DNA from: an uncultured Gemmatimonadales bacterium | GTDB taxonomy: Bacteria > Gemmatimonadota > Gemmatimonadetes > Gemmatimonadales > GWC2-71-9 | NCBI GenBank assembly: GCA_963730185.1 | Contig: CAVSQW010000015.1 | Span: 640,001 to 704,000 of the forward strand | Direction: 5' to 3' | DNA length: 64,000 bases | Shown here: piece after piece, positions 19,218 to 32,741 of the stretch | How the letters are laid out: each line of letters starts with the position of its first letter | Position numbering within the stretch: position 1 is the first letter of the stretch | Notes under the pieces: model-generated | Told to the model about the DNA's origin: nothing | Database searches by the model: none | Seen by the model: the letters and a program-made list of their open reading frames with translations, nothing else | Translations under genes and position numbers: made by a program

Positions 19218-21881
19218 TCAGGGCTCGCCGAGGCCGGTGGTGTCCGCGGCGCGGCCGGTGGCGACCAGGATCCGGGCCAGGGCGGCCCGGGCACGAACCC
19301 GGCGGGGGTCGTTGGCCGGCAGGCTGGTAACCAATACCCGTCGGCTGGCCACCAGCAGCGACTCCGCCTCGGCGTAGCGACCCAGGTCGGCCAGCGACTC
19401 GCCCAGCAGGGCGCGGAGGTGCTGGAAGTCGAGCTGCTCCGGCGGAATCTGGCCGGTCCAGAGGGTGATCGCCCGCCGGAGCAGCGACTCCGCCGGCGCA
19501 GGTTCGTTCCGCTGGAGGTGGAGCAGGGCCAGTCCGCGGAGCACCGAACCGGTCGAGACCTCGCCCTCCGATCCGAGCCGGCCGTAGATGGCAAGGGCCT
19601 GCCGGTAGTAGCGCTCGGCGGCTGGCAGGTCGCCCTTGGTGAGCATCAGGTCGCCCAGGGTCCGGAGGTCGTAGGCGGTGTAGGGGTGGTTCTCGCCGGC
19701 GCCGCGATCGATCGCCAGGGCCCGTTGGAGATATCCCTCCGCTTCGTCCCACCGCTCCAACCGTCCCAGCAGGCGACCGAGGTTCACCAGCGAGGTTGAG
19801 ACTCTCGGGTTGTCGCGGCCGAAGGCCGCTTCGCTGACGGCCAGGCTCCGGCGGTACAGGGTTTCGGCCGGGGCGAGGTCGCCCTTGGCTTCGAGCAGGG
19901 CGGCGAGGTTGTTGGCGGTGAAGCCGGTGATCGGACTGTTCGGCCCGGACTCGGTCGTGCGGGTCGCCAGCGCCGCCCGGTAGAGCTTCTCCGCCTCGGC
20001 GGTCCGTCCCGCCGCCTGGAGCACGACCGCGAGGTTGTTCTGACTCTCGGCCGTCTCGAGGTGATGGAGACCGTGCCGTTCGGTCCGGATCGCCAGGGCC
20101 TGCCGGTGGAGCGACTCGGCCACGGCGAGGCGCCCGAACTCGTACTCGATCCATCCCAGGTCGTTGAGGCCGAGGGCCAGGGCGGTGTCGTTCGGGGCGA
20201 GGGTCGCCCGTTGAATGGTCACGGCCCGCCGCAGCTTGGCGAGCGCCGAGTCGTAGCGGCCCTGCTCGTAGTCGAGCTCCCCGGCCACCAGCAGGGTCCG
20301 GGCTACCTCGGGATCGTCCGGGCCCAGGGCCGTTTCGCGGAGGGTCAGGGCCCGGTCCAGGAGCCCCTTGGCCGAGTCGCTCTGGCCCAGCTTGATGTAG
20401 GCCTGGGCGATGGTGTTGAGCATGGTGGCCTGGAGGAGGGGCCGCCCGGCTAGGTCGCGGTCCAGGTCGCCCACGCCCCGGTCCAGGAGATCCTTGGCGG
20501 TGAGGGCCCGGCCGTCGGTTTCCTCCGGGTTGGCCAGGCGGAAGAGATTGGTGAGGAAGGTCGACACCGCCTCGGCCCGCTCAGCGGAGGCCACGGCGCG
20601 GTCCCGCTCCCGGGCCAGCCGGGCGCCCGAGAAGGCGATGCTCGCGCCGCCCACCGCCAGGGCGACGAGGGTCGCGGTCGCGGCCAGGCGATGGCGCCCG
20701 ACGAACTTCCCCACCCGATAGCCGACCGTGTCGGGGCGGGCCGCCACCGGCCGGCCCTCGAGGTGGCGGCCGAGATCGTCGGCGAAGTCGGCCACGGTCC
20801 GATACCGCCGCTCGGGCTCTTTCCGGAGCGCGGTCCGGAGGATCACGTCGAGGTCGCCGCTCAGGGTCCGCCGGAGTCTGTCGACGGTGGTCCGGCGGCG
20901 GGCGGCGAGGTCGGCCGGCGGCGGGGCATCTTCGGCGGGCTGGGTCACCGCCCGGCTGGGCGCGATCGACTCGGCCTCGACCACCGCCCGCTCGAGGTGG
21001 CGGAGGTCGTGCCGGGCGCCGGGGTAGGGAAGCCGGCCGGTCAGGAGCTCGTAGCAGACCACCCCCAGGGAGTAGACGTCGGTCCCGGCGGAGACGGCGT
21101 TGCCCAGGATCTGCTCGGGACTCGCGTACGCTGGCGTCAGGAGCCGGACGGCCGTCCGGGTCACGGCCGGGTCGACGTCCGGGTCGGCGGCCAGCAGCTT
21201 GGCGATCCCGAAGTCGAGCAGCTTGGGGGTGCCGTCCGCGGTGACCAGGATGTTGCTGGGCTTGAGGTCGCGGTGGATGACCAGGTTGCGGTTGGCGTGC
21301 TGGACCGCGTCGGCCACCCGCCTCACCAGAGCCAGCCGGGCCGGCACGTCGAGCCGGTGCAGGTCCGCATACCGGTCGATCGGGAGCCCGTCGACGTACT
21401 CCATCACGAAGTAGGGCGTGCCCTCGTCGGTGGTGCCGCCGTCGAGCAGCATCGCGATGTTCGGATGGGCCAGGCGGGCCAGGATCTGCCGCTCGGCTCT
21501 GAGCCGGCGGGGGAGGTCGGGGCGGAGCTCGGCGTCGCGCACCACCTTGAGGGCCACCTGCTGCCGAAACTCGTCGTCGGCCCGCTCGGCGAGGAACACC
21601 GCGCCCATGCCGCCTCGCCCGATCTCGCGCACCACCCGATACCGGCCGACCCGGGCGCCGGGGCCGAGCGGTGGCGCCCCGCGGGTGGCGGTCGCGCCCG
21701 AGATGGCGCCGTCGATGAACTGGCCGGCCTGGTCGGCCGCCTGGAGGAGCGATTCGAGGTCGTCGCGGAGGGTGGGGTCGTCGAGGGAGAGCGAATCGAG
21801 GTACGACGAGCGCTGGGCGGGGTCGAGCGAGCTGGCCTGCTCGAACAGGTCCTGCATCCGCTGCCAGCGAACCGGGTCCAT
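19218..21881 (-). CDS. Membrane Hanks-type Ser/Thr kinase with extracytoplasmic TPR array
   Basis: Start MDPVRWQ at 21881 (TAATG overlap); GRGGMG, VALK, HRDLKPSN, DFG, YASPE; TM helix; many TPRs. Confidence 0.95.
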   Translation of the reverse strand: MDPVRWQRMQDLFEQASSLDPAQRSSYLDSLSLDDPTLRDDLESLLQAADQAGQFIDGAISGATATRGAPPLGPGARVGRYRVVREIGRGGMGAVFLAERADDEFRQQVALKVVRDAELRPDLPRRLRAERQILARLAHPNIAMLLDGGTTDEGTPYFVMEYVDGLPIDRYADLHRLDVPARLALVRRVADAVQHANRNLVIHRDLKPSNILVTADGTPKLLDFGIAKLLAADPDVDPAVTRTAVRLLTPAYASPEQILGNAVSAGTDVYSLGVVCYELLTGRLPYPGARHDLRHLERAVVEAESIAPSRAVTQPAEDAPPPADLAARRRTTVDRLRRTLSGDLDVILRTALRKEPERRYRTVADFADDLGRHLEGRPVAARPDTVGYRVGKFVGRHRLAATATLVALAVGGASIAFSGARLARERDRAVASAERAEAVSTFLTNLFRLANPEETDGRALTAKDLLDRGVGDLDRDLAGRPLLQATMLNTIAQAYIKLGQSDSAKGLLDRALTLRETALGPDDPEVARTLLVAGELDYEQGRYDSALAKLRRAVTIQRATLAPNDTALALGLNDLGWIEYEFGRLAVAESLHRQALAIRTERHGLHHLETAESQNNLAVVLQAAGRTAEAEKLYRAALATRTTESGPNSPITGFTANNLAALLEAKGDLAPAETLYRRSLAVSEAAFGRDNPRVSTSLVNLGRLLGRLERWDEAEGYLQRALAIDRGAGENHPYTAYDLRTLGDLMLTKGDLPAAERYYRQALAIYGRLGSEGEVSTGSVLRGLALLHLQRNEPAPAESLLRRAITLWTGQIPPEQLDFQHLRALLGESLADLGRYAEAESLLVASRRVLVTSLPANDPRRVRARAALARILVATGRAADTTGLGEP

Positions 21882-22450
21882 TACCTGTCCTGGGCGAGCT
21901 CGCGATAGAGCCAGGCCTTGGCGAAGCGCAGGTCCCGGTCCACGGTGGCCGGCGAGATCGTTAGCGCCTCGGCGATCTCGTCGTAGGTGAGCCCGCCGAA
22001 ATAATGCAGCTCCACCACCTTGGCTTTCCGCTCGTCGAGCTGGTTCAATCGCTCGAGCGCCTCGTCGAGCTCGACCAGGCCGGAGGAGGTGTCCGGCGTC
22101 ACCGCGATCGACTCCTCCAGAGTGAGCGCCGCCTGCCCGCCACCCCGCTTCTGCCGCCCGCGGGCCTTGGCGTGGTCGACCAGAATCCGCCGCATCTGGC
22201 GCGCGGCCACCGCGAAGAAGTGGCTGCGGTCCTCCCAGGGCACGTCCGCCTGCACCAGCCGAGCGTACGCTTCGTGGACCAGCGCGGTGGCCTGAAGGGT
22301 ATGGTCCTCGCGCTCGCCCCGCATCAGCCGGGCGGCGATCTGGTGGAGCTCGCCATAGACGAGCGGGACCATCTGGTCGAGCGCGTCCTGATCGCCCTTC
22401 CGCCACTTGAGCAGGAGGCTCGTGACGTCCTGGTGAGGCGCCAAGTTCAC
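21881..22450 (-). CDS. ECF sigma factor, kinase-associated (ECF43/EcfK-like) type
   Basis: DHTLQATALVHEAY region 2.2 with Thr, MRRILVDHA, HYFGGLTYDEIA, DLRFAKAWL; coupled to kinase. Confidence 0.93.
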   Translation of the reverse strand: MNLAPHQDVTSLLLKWRKGDQDALDQMVPLVYGELHQIAARLMRGEREDHTLQATALVHEAYARLVQADVPWEDRSHFFAVAARQMRRILVDHAKARGRQKRGGGQAALTLEESIAVTPDTSSGLVELDEALERLNQLDERKAKVVELHYFGGLTYDEIAEALTISPATVDRDLRFAKAWLYRELAQDR

Positions 22451-22591
22451 CGACCGGAGTGGAAGTTCCCGGGAGTGTAAGGCGAGCCGAAGGGGTCCGC
22501 AATGGCTCCTGGGCAGGGTGAAAGGGGCTCCGCTTGCCCGCGCCGTGCCGGGGTCCTATTTTGCGGTCCGACTTGGACTTACGAGGGTTCT

Positions 22592-23968
22592 TTGGGCGGT
22601 GCCGGTCTGACCATAGTGGCCACGGTCGTCGTGATCGGCGTCCTGGTGTTCGTGCATGAGCTGGGACACTTCGTGGCGGCCAAGGCCGCCGGGATCTACG
22701 TCCACCGCTTTTCGCTGGGCCTCGGCGCGCCGATCCGCTGGCTGAGCTTCCGCCGGGGCGAAACCGAGTACTCCGTCTCCTGGATTCCGCTCGGCGGGTA
22801 CGTCAAGATGGCGAGCCGCCTGGAAGATCCCTCCAGCGCCGTGCTGGAAGGCGCCGCCGAGGGCGTGGCGGTTCCCGAGGATCGATTCTTCGAGAGCAAG
22901 CCGGTGTGGGTCCGGATGATCGTCATCCTCGCCGGGGTGACGATGAACGTGCTCTTCGCCTGGGCCATCTTCACCGGGGTGCTCTACCTCGGCGGACTCC
23001 CGGTCTCGCCGCTGACCCCACTGGCTGCCGTCGACACCACCGGGCTCCCGTCTGGCGCCCGGGCCCTCGCCGCGGTGCAGCCGGGCGACGAGATCACGGC
23101 CGTGAACGGCGCCTCGGTCGCGACCTGGGAGGCGTTCCAGCGCGCGGTCCTCGACGCCCCCGGCGACACGGTGCGGGTCGACTTCCGTCGGGCCGGCGGG
23201 GTTGCCCTGGTGCTGCCGAGCCATGACCTCGACGGACGGCGGGCCGTCCTTCGCGCCGTGGGACCCGATCTGCCGGCCGTCATCCTGGGCGTGATTCCCG
23301 GCCGACCGGGCGCCCAGGCCGGCCTCGCCGCCGGCGACACCGTCCTGGCCCTGGCCGGTGCCCCGGTGGCTCACTGGAGCGACATGGTCGACGTGATCTC
23401 CGCGAACGCGGGGAAGGAGGTCGACGTCCTAGTTGGCCGGGCCGGCGGCCGGCAGACCCTTCACGCCACGCCGGCGCCGGAGTCGCTCGCCGACTCCAAC
23501 GGCGTGGTCCATACCGTCGGCCGGCTCGGGATCGCGGGCCCGCTCTACCCGGAGGCGCGGGAGCCGATCGGTCTGGGGGCCGCCACGGGGCGGGGGCTCC
23601 GGCTCACCAGCGCCATGGCCACCACGATCGTCTCGGTCGTGAAGGGCATGTTCGCGGGCCAGGTGTCCACCCGCGAGCTGGGCGGTCCGATCTCGATCGG
23701 GATGCAGGCTGGCCAGAGCGCGCGCCTGGGGGCCGAGTCGTACCTGACCTTCATGGCGATGATCTCGGTCAACCTGGCCGTGCTGAATCTCCTCCCGATT
23801 CCGCTGCTGGATGGGGGACAGTTCCTCTTCCTGCTGGCCGAGGGCGTGACCCGACGGCCGGTCACGGGCCGGATCCGCGAATGGCTCACGGTGGCCGGGC
23901 TCGTGGCGATCGTCCTCCTGATGCTGCTGGCCTTCTCGAACGACATCCGCCGCCTGCTCGGCCTGTGA
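22592..23968 (+). CDS. rseP: RIP metalloprotease RseP
   Basis: HELGH, two PDZ domains, [11 protein letters not shown]; probable TTG start after GAGGG; promoter TTGCCC-17-TATTTT at 22534-22562. Confidence 0.95.
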   Translation: MGGAGLTIVATVVVIGVLVFVHELGHFVAAKAAGIYVHRFSLGLGAPIRWLSFRRGETEYSVSWIPLGGYVKMASRLEDPSSAVLEGAAEGVAVPEDRFFESKPVWVRMIVILAGVTMNVLFAWAIFTGVLYLGGLPVSPLTPLAAVDTTGLPSGARALAAVQPGDEITAVNGASVATWEAFQRAVLDAPGDTVRVDFRRAGGVALVLPSHDLDGRRAVLRAVGPDLPAVILGVIPGRPGAQAGLAAGDTVLALAGAPVAHWSDMVDVISANAGKEVDVLVGRAGGRQTLHATPAPESLADSNGVVHTVGRLGIAGPLYPEAREPIGLGAATGRGLRLTSAMATTIVSVVKGMFAGQVSTRELGGPISIGMQAGQSARLGAESYLTFMAMISVNLAVLNLLPIPLLDGGQFLFLLAEGVTRRPVTGRIREWLTVAGLVAIVLLMLLAFSNDIRRLLGL

Positions 23969-25413
23969 GCCGGGCGGTGAACCAACCTCAGGAAGCACTC
24001 CGCCGCCGGCTTCGGCGCGAATGGCTCCGGGCCCTCCGCCGGCTCCGCCGGCCGGGTCCGGGCGACGACGCCTTTACCCTGGCGCTGGCCGTGGCGATCG
24101 GGGTCCTGGGTGCCGGCGGCGTGGTGGTGTTCTACAAGTCGATCGAGTGGGCGTACCGAGCCCTGGTGGAGTGGCCGCTCCACTACCTCCCCAAGACCGG
24201 CGGGTGGGCCTACCGGCCGGTGCTGACCGGGGTCGGGCTGTCGGTCGCCTACTGGGTGATGAAGCGCCTGGGCGACGGCTACGACGGGCTCAACGTGCCG
24301 GACGTGGCACTCGCGGTCGCGACCAGGAAGGGCGATCTCCCCACCAAAGCCGCGGTGGCCAAGACGGCGGCGAGCGCGATCACCATCGGGTGCGGCGGAT
24401 CGGCCGGGAGCGAGGGGCCGGTCGCCGTATTCGGCGCCGCGATCGCCTCCCGGATCGGGAAGGCCCTCTATCTCCGCCCCTCGAAGCGCCGGCTCCTGGT
24501 CGGGGCCGGCGCGGCGGCGGGGATCTCGGCCGCGTTCAACGCGCCCCTCACGGGGGCGTTCTTCGCGCTGGAGGAGATCCTCAAGTCGTTCGCGACCGGG
24601 GCGTTCGCGCCGGTGGTGGTCGCGAGCGTGGTGGCCGCGGTGTGCTCGCGGGCGGTGTTCGGGAACCATCCGGCCTTTCCGATCTCGACCGAATACGGCT
24701 TCACCTTCTACCGCGAGATCTTCGTCTTCTTCCCGCTGCTCGGCATTCTGGCGGGGCTGGTCTCGGCCCTGTTCGTGAAGGTGGAGGACCGGATCGCCGC
24801 CGCCCGGTGGCGGCGGGCCACCCCGTCGCTGCTGCTCCCGGTCCTGGGTGGGGTCACGGTCGGGGCCATCGCGGCGATGTCGGGCGGCCTCCTGACCACC
24901 AGGGGGCACGTGGAGATTCACCTGGACGTGTTCCGGCAGCTGCCCTGGTTCGTGCTGGCGGCGCTGGCCATCGGGAAGATCATCGCCACGGCCATCACCC
25001 TGAACACCGGCGGGTCGGGCGGGGTCTTCACCCCATCGCTGTTCGTGGGCGCCTCGCTGGGGGCGTCGGTCGGGGTCGGGCTGGAGCGCCTCTTTCCGGC
25101 CCTGCCGCTCTCGGCCGAGGCGTACACCATCGTGGGGATGGGGGCGGTGGTGGCGGCGGCCACGGGGGCCCCGATCACCGGGATCCTCCTGGTGTTCGAG
25201 ATCACCAACGACTATGCCATCATGCTCCCGCTGATGATGGCGACCGTGATCGCGGTCCTGGTGGCCCGGATGGTCCATCGGGACACCCTCTATTCGAGCT
25301 GGCTTCGGCGGACCGGGCGGCCGATGGTCAAGGCCGATCCGAGTCTCGGGGCGACGGGGTCGTACCCGGTGTCCAGGAGGGCGGCCGAGGGGGCTGGGGA
25401 CGGGGGAACTTGA
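23965..25413 (+). CDS. ClC-family anion channel/transporter, no CBS domains
   Basis: [47 protein letters not shown] overlap. Confidence 0.92.
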   Translation: MSRAVNQPQEALRRRLRREWLRALRRLRRPGPGDDAFTLALAVAIGVLGAGGVVVFYKSIEWAYRALVEWPLHYLPKTGGWAYRPVLTGVGLSVAYWVMKRLGDGYDGLNVPDVALAVATRKGDLPTKAAVAKTAASAITIGCGGSAGSEGPVAVFGAAIASRIGKALYLRPSKRRLLVGAGAAAGISAAFNAPLTGAFFALEEILKSFATGAFAPVVVASVVAAVCSRAVFGNHPAFPISTEYGFTFYREIFVFFPLLGILAGLVSALFVKVEDRIAAARWRRATPSLLLPVLGGVTVGAIAAMSGGLLTTRGHVEIHLDVFRQLPWFVLAALAIGKIIATAITLNTGGSGGVFTPSLFVGASLGASVGVGLERLFPALPLSAEAYTIVGMGAVVAAATGAPITGILLVFEITNDYAIMLPLMMATVIAVLVARMVHRDTLYSSWLRRTGRPMVKADPSLGATGSYPVSRRAAEGAGDGGT

Positions 25414-25505
25414 TCGATCGACGGTTCAGGCGTTATATTGCTGGGCTACAAACACTTAGGTTTACGGAACGACGCCCCGGGCTTCGGGGTCAAGGACGAG
25501 AGAAC

Positions 25506-25766
25506 ATGGGGTACGACAAGCAGGGGACGATGCTCAAGCACCGGGTGCACGACACCGACACGGGGTCGGCCAAGGTGCAGGTGGCGATGCTCACCGAGCG
25601 GATCAACTCCCTCACCGATCACTTCAAGGCCCATTCGAAAGATCATCACAGCCGACGCGGGCTGTTGAAGATGGTGGGTCGGCGACGGCGCCTGCTGACC
25701 TACCTGCGAAACAGCGACCTGTCGACCTACCGTGCCCTGATCCAGGAGCTCGGCCTCCGGCACTAG
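25506..25766 (+). CDS. rpsO: 30S ribosomal protein S15
   Basis: [33 protein letters not shown]; promoter TTGATC-18-TATATT at 25410-25439. Confidence 0.98.
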   Translation: MGYDKQGTMLKHRVHDTDTGSAKVQVAMLTERINSLTDHFKAHSKDHHSRRGLLKMVGRRRRLLTYLRNSDLSTYRALIQELGLRH

Positions 25767-25770
25767 TGCT

Positions 25771-25821
25771 CCATGCGCGCGAGGGCGCCCCGTTTCCTTC
25801 GGGGCGCCCTCGGCGCATTGG
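25771..25821 (+). promoter_or_regulatory. Long hairpin between rpsO and pnp (terminator or processing stem)
   Basis: ATGCGC..GAGGGCGCCCCG / CGGGGCGCCCTC..GCGCAT. Confidence 0.55.
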
Positions 25822-25853
25822 GCCCTGGTCCGCACGCCTTTTGGGAGAACACC

Positions 25854-27935
<2,082 letters not shown>

Positions 27936-27938
27936 TCG

Positions 27939-29186
27939 GTGGTCAGGGATCGACTGGACGATCGGCTCGACCGGACGGTCGCACCGAACGGGCTGACCGT
28001 GCTCACCGAGGAGCTGCCCGGGCTTCGCTCGGCTGCGGTGGGCATTTGGGTCCGTTCGGCGAGCGCCCACGAGGCCCGCGACCGGATGGGGGCGGCGCAC
28101 CTGCTCGAGCACCTGGTGTTCAAGGGCACCGAGCGCCGCCCGGCCCGCGACATCGCCCGGGAGCTCGAGGTCCGGGGCGGCGCGCTCGACGCCTACACCT
28201 CCCGGGACCAGACCAGCTACCAGGCCCACGTTCTCGACGTGGATCTCCCCCTCGCCATCGATATCCTCACCGACCTGGTGCGCCGGCCGCTGCTTCGGGA
28301 GAGCGACCTCGAGCTGGAGCGAAACGTGGTGCTGGAAGAGATCAAGTCGGTCGAGGACACCCCCGACGACCTGGTCTTCGAGCTCCACGCCCGCGCGCTC
28401 TGGCCCGAGCACCCCTACGGCTACTCCATTCTCGGGACCCCCGAGACGGTACGGTCCCTCTCGGCCGATGCCCTCCGGGCGGCCCACACCGAGGGCTACT
28501 ATCCCGGCAACTGCGTCATCGCGGCCGCCGGACAGGTGGACCACGATCGGGTGCTCGAGACGCTGGCGAAGGAGGGCTGGTTCGCGACGGACGATCGCCG
28601 CCCGCCGACGCCGCCGGTCGCGGCTGAGCCGGCGGCGCGGGGGACGGAGCAGGTGGTGGCCCGCGAAACGGCCCAGAGCCATCTGGTGTTCGGGACCGAC
28701 ACCTTCGAGGCCTGCGACCCGCGCCGGTACGCCCTGGCCATCATCACCAACGTGCTTGGCGGCGGGATGTCGAGCCGGCTGTTCCAGCGGATCCGGGAGG
28801 AGCTGGGTCTCGCGTACACGGTGTACGCCTACCAGCACTTCTACCGGGCGACGGGGTTGATCGGGGTGTACGTGGGCACCCAGCCCGGGACCGCCGCCCA
28901 GGCGCTCGACGCGGTTCGGGGCGAGCTGGCCCGGCTGGCCGAGTCGGGGCTCACGGAGGAGGAGCTGGCGGGCGGGCGGCAACAGCTCAAGGGGCAGCTG
29001 CTGCTGGCCCTGGAGAACCCCCTCAGCCGGATGCACCGACTGGCGGGGTTCGTGCTCAACGACGATCGTTATCGTCCGCTCGACGAGGTCGAGGCGACGG
29101 TCGATCGGGTGACCCGGGACGACGTGGCTGCGCTGGCGGCCGAGTTCTTCCGGCCCGAGCGACAGGCGCTGGTGCGGTTGGGATAG
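27939..29186 (+). CDS. M16 (pitrilysin-family) zinc peptidase
   Basis: HLLEH, GGGMSSRLFQ; usual pnp neighbour. Confidence 0.94.
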   Translation: MVRDRLDDRLDRTVAPNGLTVLTEELPGLRSAAVGIWVRSASAHEARDRMGAAHLLEHLVFKGTERRPARDIARELEVRGGALDAYTSRDQTSYQAHVLDVDLPLAIDILTDLVRRPLLRESDLELERNVVLEEIKSVEDTPDDLVFELHARALWPEHPYGYSILGTPETVRSLSADALRAAHTEGYYPGNCVIAAAGQVDHDRVLETLAKEGWFATDDRRPPTPPVAAEPAARGTEQVVARETAQSHLVFGTDTFEACDPRRYALAIITNVLGGGMSSRLFQRIREELGLAYTVYAYQHFYRATGLIGVYVGTQPGTAAQALDAVRGELARLAESGLTEEELAGGRQQLKGQLLLALENPLSRMHRLAGFVLNDDRYRPLDEVEATVDRVTRDDVAALAAEFFRPERQALVRLG

Positions 29187-29225
29187 AACTACGGGCAGGA
29201 CGCCCATCTCTCGAGGAATCGAACG

Positions 29226-30338
29226 ATGATCATTGGCGTGCCGAAGGAGATCAAGACCAACGAGAACCGGGTGGCCCTGGTGCCGGCCGGCGCGCTGGTC
29301 CTATCCGAGTCGGGGCACACGGTCTACGTGGAGCAGGACGCCGGCCAGGGAAGCGGCTTCCCCGACGAGGCGTTCGTGGAGGCGGGCGCGAAGATCCTCC
29401 CCACCGCCAAGGAGATTTGGGCCAAGGCGGAGATGATCATGAAGGTCAAGGAGCCGATCCAGCCTGAATGGCCTCACATGCGGGCCGGACAGCTGATCTA
29501 CACCTACTTCCATTTCGCCGCGGCGGAGGAGCTGACCCGAGCGGTGATCGACTCGAAGGCGGTGGCGGTGGCCTACGAGACGGTCCAGCTGAAAGACGGC
29601 GAGCTGCCGCTCCTCACCCCGATGTCGGAGGTGGCCGGCCGGATGGCGGTGCAGGAGGGGGCCAAGTACCTCGAGAAGCTGTACGGGGGCCGGGGGGTCC
29701 TGCTCGGCGGCGTTCCCGGGGTGGCCCCGGCCGACGTGGCGATCATCGGCGGCGGGGTCGTGGGGATCAATGCGGCCAAGATGGCGGCCGGCATGGGGGC
29801 CAACGTCACCATCTTGGACCTGTCGCTCGAGCGGCTCCGGTACCTCGACGACGTCCTCCCGGCCAACGTCACCACCCTCTACTCCAACCGGCACAACATC
29901 CTGGGCGCCATCGCCCGGGCCGACCTGGTGGTCGGGGCGGTCCTCCTGCCCGGCGCCAAGGCCCCCCGGTTGATCCGGCGCGAGGATCTCAAACTGATGA
30001 AGCAGGGCGCCGTGATCGTGGACGTGGCGGTCGACCAGGGCGGCTGCGTGGAGACCATCAAGCCGACCACCCACGAGAACCCGATCTACTTCGTCGACGG
30101 GGTCCTGCACTACGCGGTGGCGAACATGCCGGGCGGGGTGCCCCGGACCTCGACCCTGGCGCTGACCAACGCCACGCTCTCCTACGCCCGGACCCTGGCC
30201 AAGCTGGGCTGGCAGGAGGCCTGCCGCCGGGACGAGTCGCTCCGCCTGGGGCTCAACGTGGTCGAGGGCAAGGTGGTCTATCCGGGGGTGGCGGAGGCGT
30301 TCGGCCTGCCGCTGGTTGACGTCGCGTCGGTTCTTTGA
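29226..30338 (+). CDS. ald: Alanine dehydrogenase
   Basis: [30 protein letters not shown]. Confidence 0.97.
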   Translation: MIIGVPKEIKTNENRVALVPAGALVLSESGHTVYVEQDAGQGSGFPDEAFVEAGAKILPTAKEIWAKAEMIMKVKEPIQPEWPHMRAGQLIYTYFHFAAAEELTRAVIDSKAVAVAYETVQLKDGELPLLTPMSEVAGRMAVQEGAKYLEKLYGGRGVLLGGVPGVAPADVAIIGGGVVGINAAKMAAGMGANVTILDLSLERLRYLDDVLPANVTTLYSNRHNILGAIARADLVVGAVLLPGAKAPRLIRREDLKLMKQGAVIVDVAVDQGGCVETIKPTTHENPIYFVDGVLHYAVANMPGGVPRTSTLALTNATLSYARTLAKLGWQEACRRDESLRLGLNVVEGKVVYPGVAEAFGLPLVDVASVL

Positions 30339-30342
30339 CGCC

Positions 30343-30777
30343 GTGGTCACCATCCAGATCCAGCGGCTGCCCCACGGCGAGGGGCTGCCCCTGCCGGCCC
30401 AGCAAACCGTCGGGTCGGCCGGCTCGGACATCGCCAGCGCGGAGGAGGCCGAGCTCCAGCCGATGGAGCGGCGGCTCTTCGCGACCGGCTTCGCGGTCGC
30501 CATTCCGGCCGGGCACGAGGTCCAGATCCGCCCCCGCTCGGGCCTCGCCATCAAGCACGGCATCACCCTGCCCAATACCCCGGCGACCATCGACAGCGAC
30601 TACCGGGGGGAGCTCAAGGTCGGGTTGATCAACCTGGGGGCGGAGCCGTTCCGGGTGAGCCGGGGGATGCGGATCGCTCAGCTGGTGGTGGCCCGGGTGG
30701 AAGCCGTGCAATTCGAAACTGTCGAAACGTTACCTGCTTCGGAACGCGGAGAGGGCGGCTTCGGAAGCACGGGCTGA
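30343..30777 (+). CDS. dut: dUTP diphosphatase
   Basis: [34 protein letters not shown]; start uncertain. Confidence 0.95.
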   Translation: MVTIQIQRLPHGEGLPLPAQQTVGSAGSDIASAEEAELQPMERRLFATGFAVAIPAGHEVQIRPRSGLAIKHGITLPNTPATIDSDYRGELKVGLINLGAEPFRVSRGMRIAQLVVARVEAVQFETVETLPASERGEGGFGSTG

Positions 30778-30871
30778 AGGCCTGCCGGGCCGCCGGCCGG
30801 GCGACCGTCCGCCTTGTCGATGTTCTTGTGCGCCATTACGTTAGGTCACGCCCGGGGGGCGGTCTCAAACC

Positions 30872-31909
30872 ATGAAGTTTCCGTTCTTCAAATTCGACTC
30901 GCTCATTCCCGCGAACGAGATTGCGGTCGATCTCGGCACGGCCAACACCCTCATTTACGTCAAGGGTGAAGGCATCGTGCTGAACGAGCCGTCGGTCGTG
31001 GCGATCGATCGCTCGAGCGGCGAGCCGAAGGCGTACGGCCTCGACGCGAAGCGGATGCTGGGCCGGACGCCCGAGGGGATCATCGCGGTCCGGCCGCTCA
31101 AGGACGGCGTGATCGCCGACTTCGAAGTCACCGAGAAGATGCTCCGGCATTTTCTCAAGACGATCATCGACAAGCATGTCTTCCGGGTCAAGCCGAAGGT
31201 GATCGTCTGCGTGCCGAGCGGGATCACCGAGGTGGAACGGCGGGCGGTGCGCGATTCGGCCGAGACCGCGGGGGCCAAGGAAGTGTGGATGGTGGCCGAG
31301 CCGATGGCCGCCGCGATCGGGGTAGGCCTTCCGGTCGAGACGCCCACCGGCAACATGGTGATCGACATCGGCGGCGGGACCACCGAGATCGCGGTCATCG
31401 CCCTGTCGGGGATCGTCTGCGACACCTCGATCCGCACCGGGGGCGACGAGCTGGACCAGGCGATCGTCCAGTTCATGCGGAAGAACTACAACCTCCTCGT
31501 GGGCGAGCCCACCGCGGAGGCGATCAAGATCAAGATCGGCTCGGCTTTCCCGACCGGCGACGAGCGCGAGATGGAGGTGAAGGGCCGAGATCTCGTGTCC
31601 GGCATCCCGAAGACGGTGCGGGTTCACTCGACCGAAGTGCGCGAAGCGGTGCAGGAGCCGATCCAGCAGGTGGTGGACGCCGTCCGGCGCGCGCTCGAGA
31701 TCACGCCCCCGGAGCTGGCGAGCGATATCGTGGACCGGGGGATCGTGATGACCGGCGGCGGCGCCTTGATTCGAGGGCTCGACCTGCTCCTGGCCCAGGA
31801 GACCGGCCTCCCGATCCACGTCGACGAAGATCCGCTGACCTGTGTGGTTCGGGGGACCGGGCGGATCCTCGACGAGTACGACAAGTATCGCAACGTGCTG
31901 ACGAGATGA
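30872..31909 (+). CDS. mreB: Rod shape-determining protein MreB
   Basis: [28 protein letters not shown]. Confidence 0.98.
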   Translation: MKFPFFKFDSLIPANEIAVDLGTANTLIYVKGEGIVLNEPSVVAIDRSSGEPKAYGLDAKRMLGRTPEGIIAVRPLKDGVIADFEVTEKMLRHFLKTIIDKHVFRVKPKVIVCVPSGITEVERRAVRDSAETAGAKEVWMVAEPMAAAIGVGLPVETPTGNMVIDIGGGTTEIAVIALSGIVCDTSIRTGGDELDQAIVQFMRKNYNLLVGEPTAEAIKIKIGSAFPTGDEREMEVKGRDLVSGIPKTVRVHSTEVREAVQEPIQQVVDAVRRALEITPPELASDIVDRGIVMTGGGALIRGLDLLLAQETGLPIHVDEDPLTCVVRGTGRILDEYDKYRNVLTR

Positions 31910-31910
31910 G

Positions 31911-32741
31911 ATGAGCCCGGGCCTGGGCCGCGCGATCTCCCGGAGCGACACGCTCCTGCTGTCGATCTGTCTTCTGCTGTCGCTCGGGGCCCTGCTCATG
32001 CCGTCGTCGTGGGCGCTGGTCGTCGCCACCTCGATCCGGGCCACCGCACTCGCCCCCCTGGTCTGGCTCCAACAGAACGCCGAAGAGCAACGCACCAGCC
32101 GGGCCCGGTTTCGGACCGTGGCGGCGGCCCGTGACTCGGTCGCCCTCTCGGCCCAATCGCTGCCGGCCCTCCGGGCCGAGAACGAGCAGCTCCGCCAGCT
32201 CCTGGGTCTCAAGTCGCGGGTCAAGCTCCGGACCGTGCCCGCCGAGGTACTCCGGCAGCCGTCGGCCACGGACGGGCGGACCCTGACGCTGGGCGTGGGC
32301 TCGAGCGAGGGCGTGGTCACCGGGAGCCCGGTGGTGTCGCCGGAAGGCCTGGTGGGTCTGGTCTTGAGCGCGGGCCCCCGCTCGTCGGTGGCGATGACCT
32401 GGGCCCATCCCGACTTCCGGGTCAGCGCGATCACCGAGGATGGGAGCGTGCTGGGGATCGTGGCGCCCGCGCCGGCGCCCGACGCGAGCGAGGCGTTCCT
32501 GGAGCTCCGGGGGGTGCCCTATCGTGACACGGTCGCGGTGGGAACCATGATCCTGACCTCGGGGCTCACCGGCGTCTACCCTCGGGGCATCCCGGTCGGC
32601 CGGGTGGCCGGGATCCGGCGCGAGGAACTGGGCTGGGAGCGGATCTACCGGATTCGCCCCCTCGCCAACCCGGGCTTCGTCACCCACGTGCTGGTGTATC
32701 CCGCGGGCCAGGACCGCCCGCTCGCCCCCCGGTCGCCATGA
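31911..32741 (+). CDS. mreC: Rod shape-determining protein MreC
   Basis: LRAENEQLRQLL, GLVG, TSGLTGVYPRGIPVG; synteny. Confidence 0.94.
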   Translation: MSPGLGRAISRSDTLLLSICLLLSLGALLMPSSWALVVATSIRATALAPLVWLQQNAEEQRTSRARFRTVAAARDSVALSAQSLPALRAENEQLRQLLGLKSRVKLRTVPAEVLRQPSATDGRTLTLGVGSSEGVVTGSPVVSPEGLVGLVLSAGPRSSVAMTWAHPDFRVSAITEDGSVLGIVAPAPAPDASEAFLELRGVPYRDTVAVGTMILTSGLTGVYPRGIPVGRVAGIRREELGWERIYRIRPLANPGFVTHVLVYPAGQDRPLAPRSP

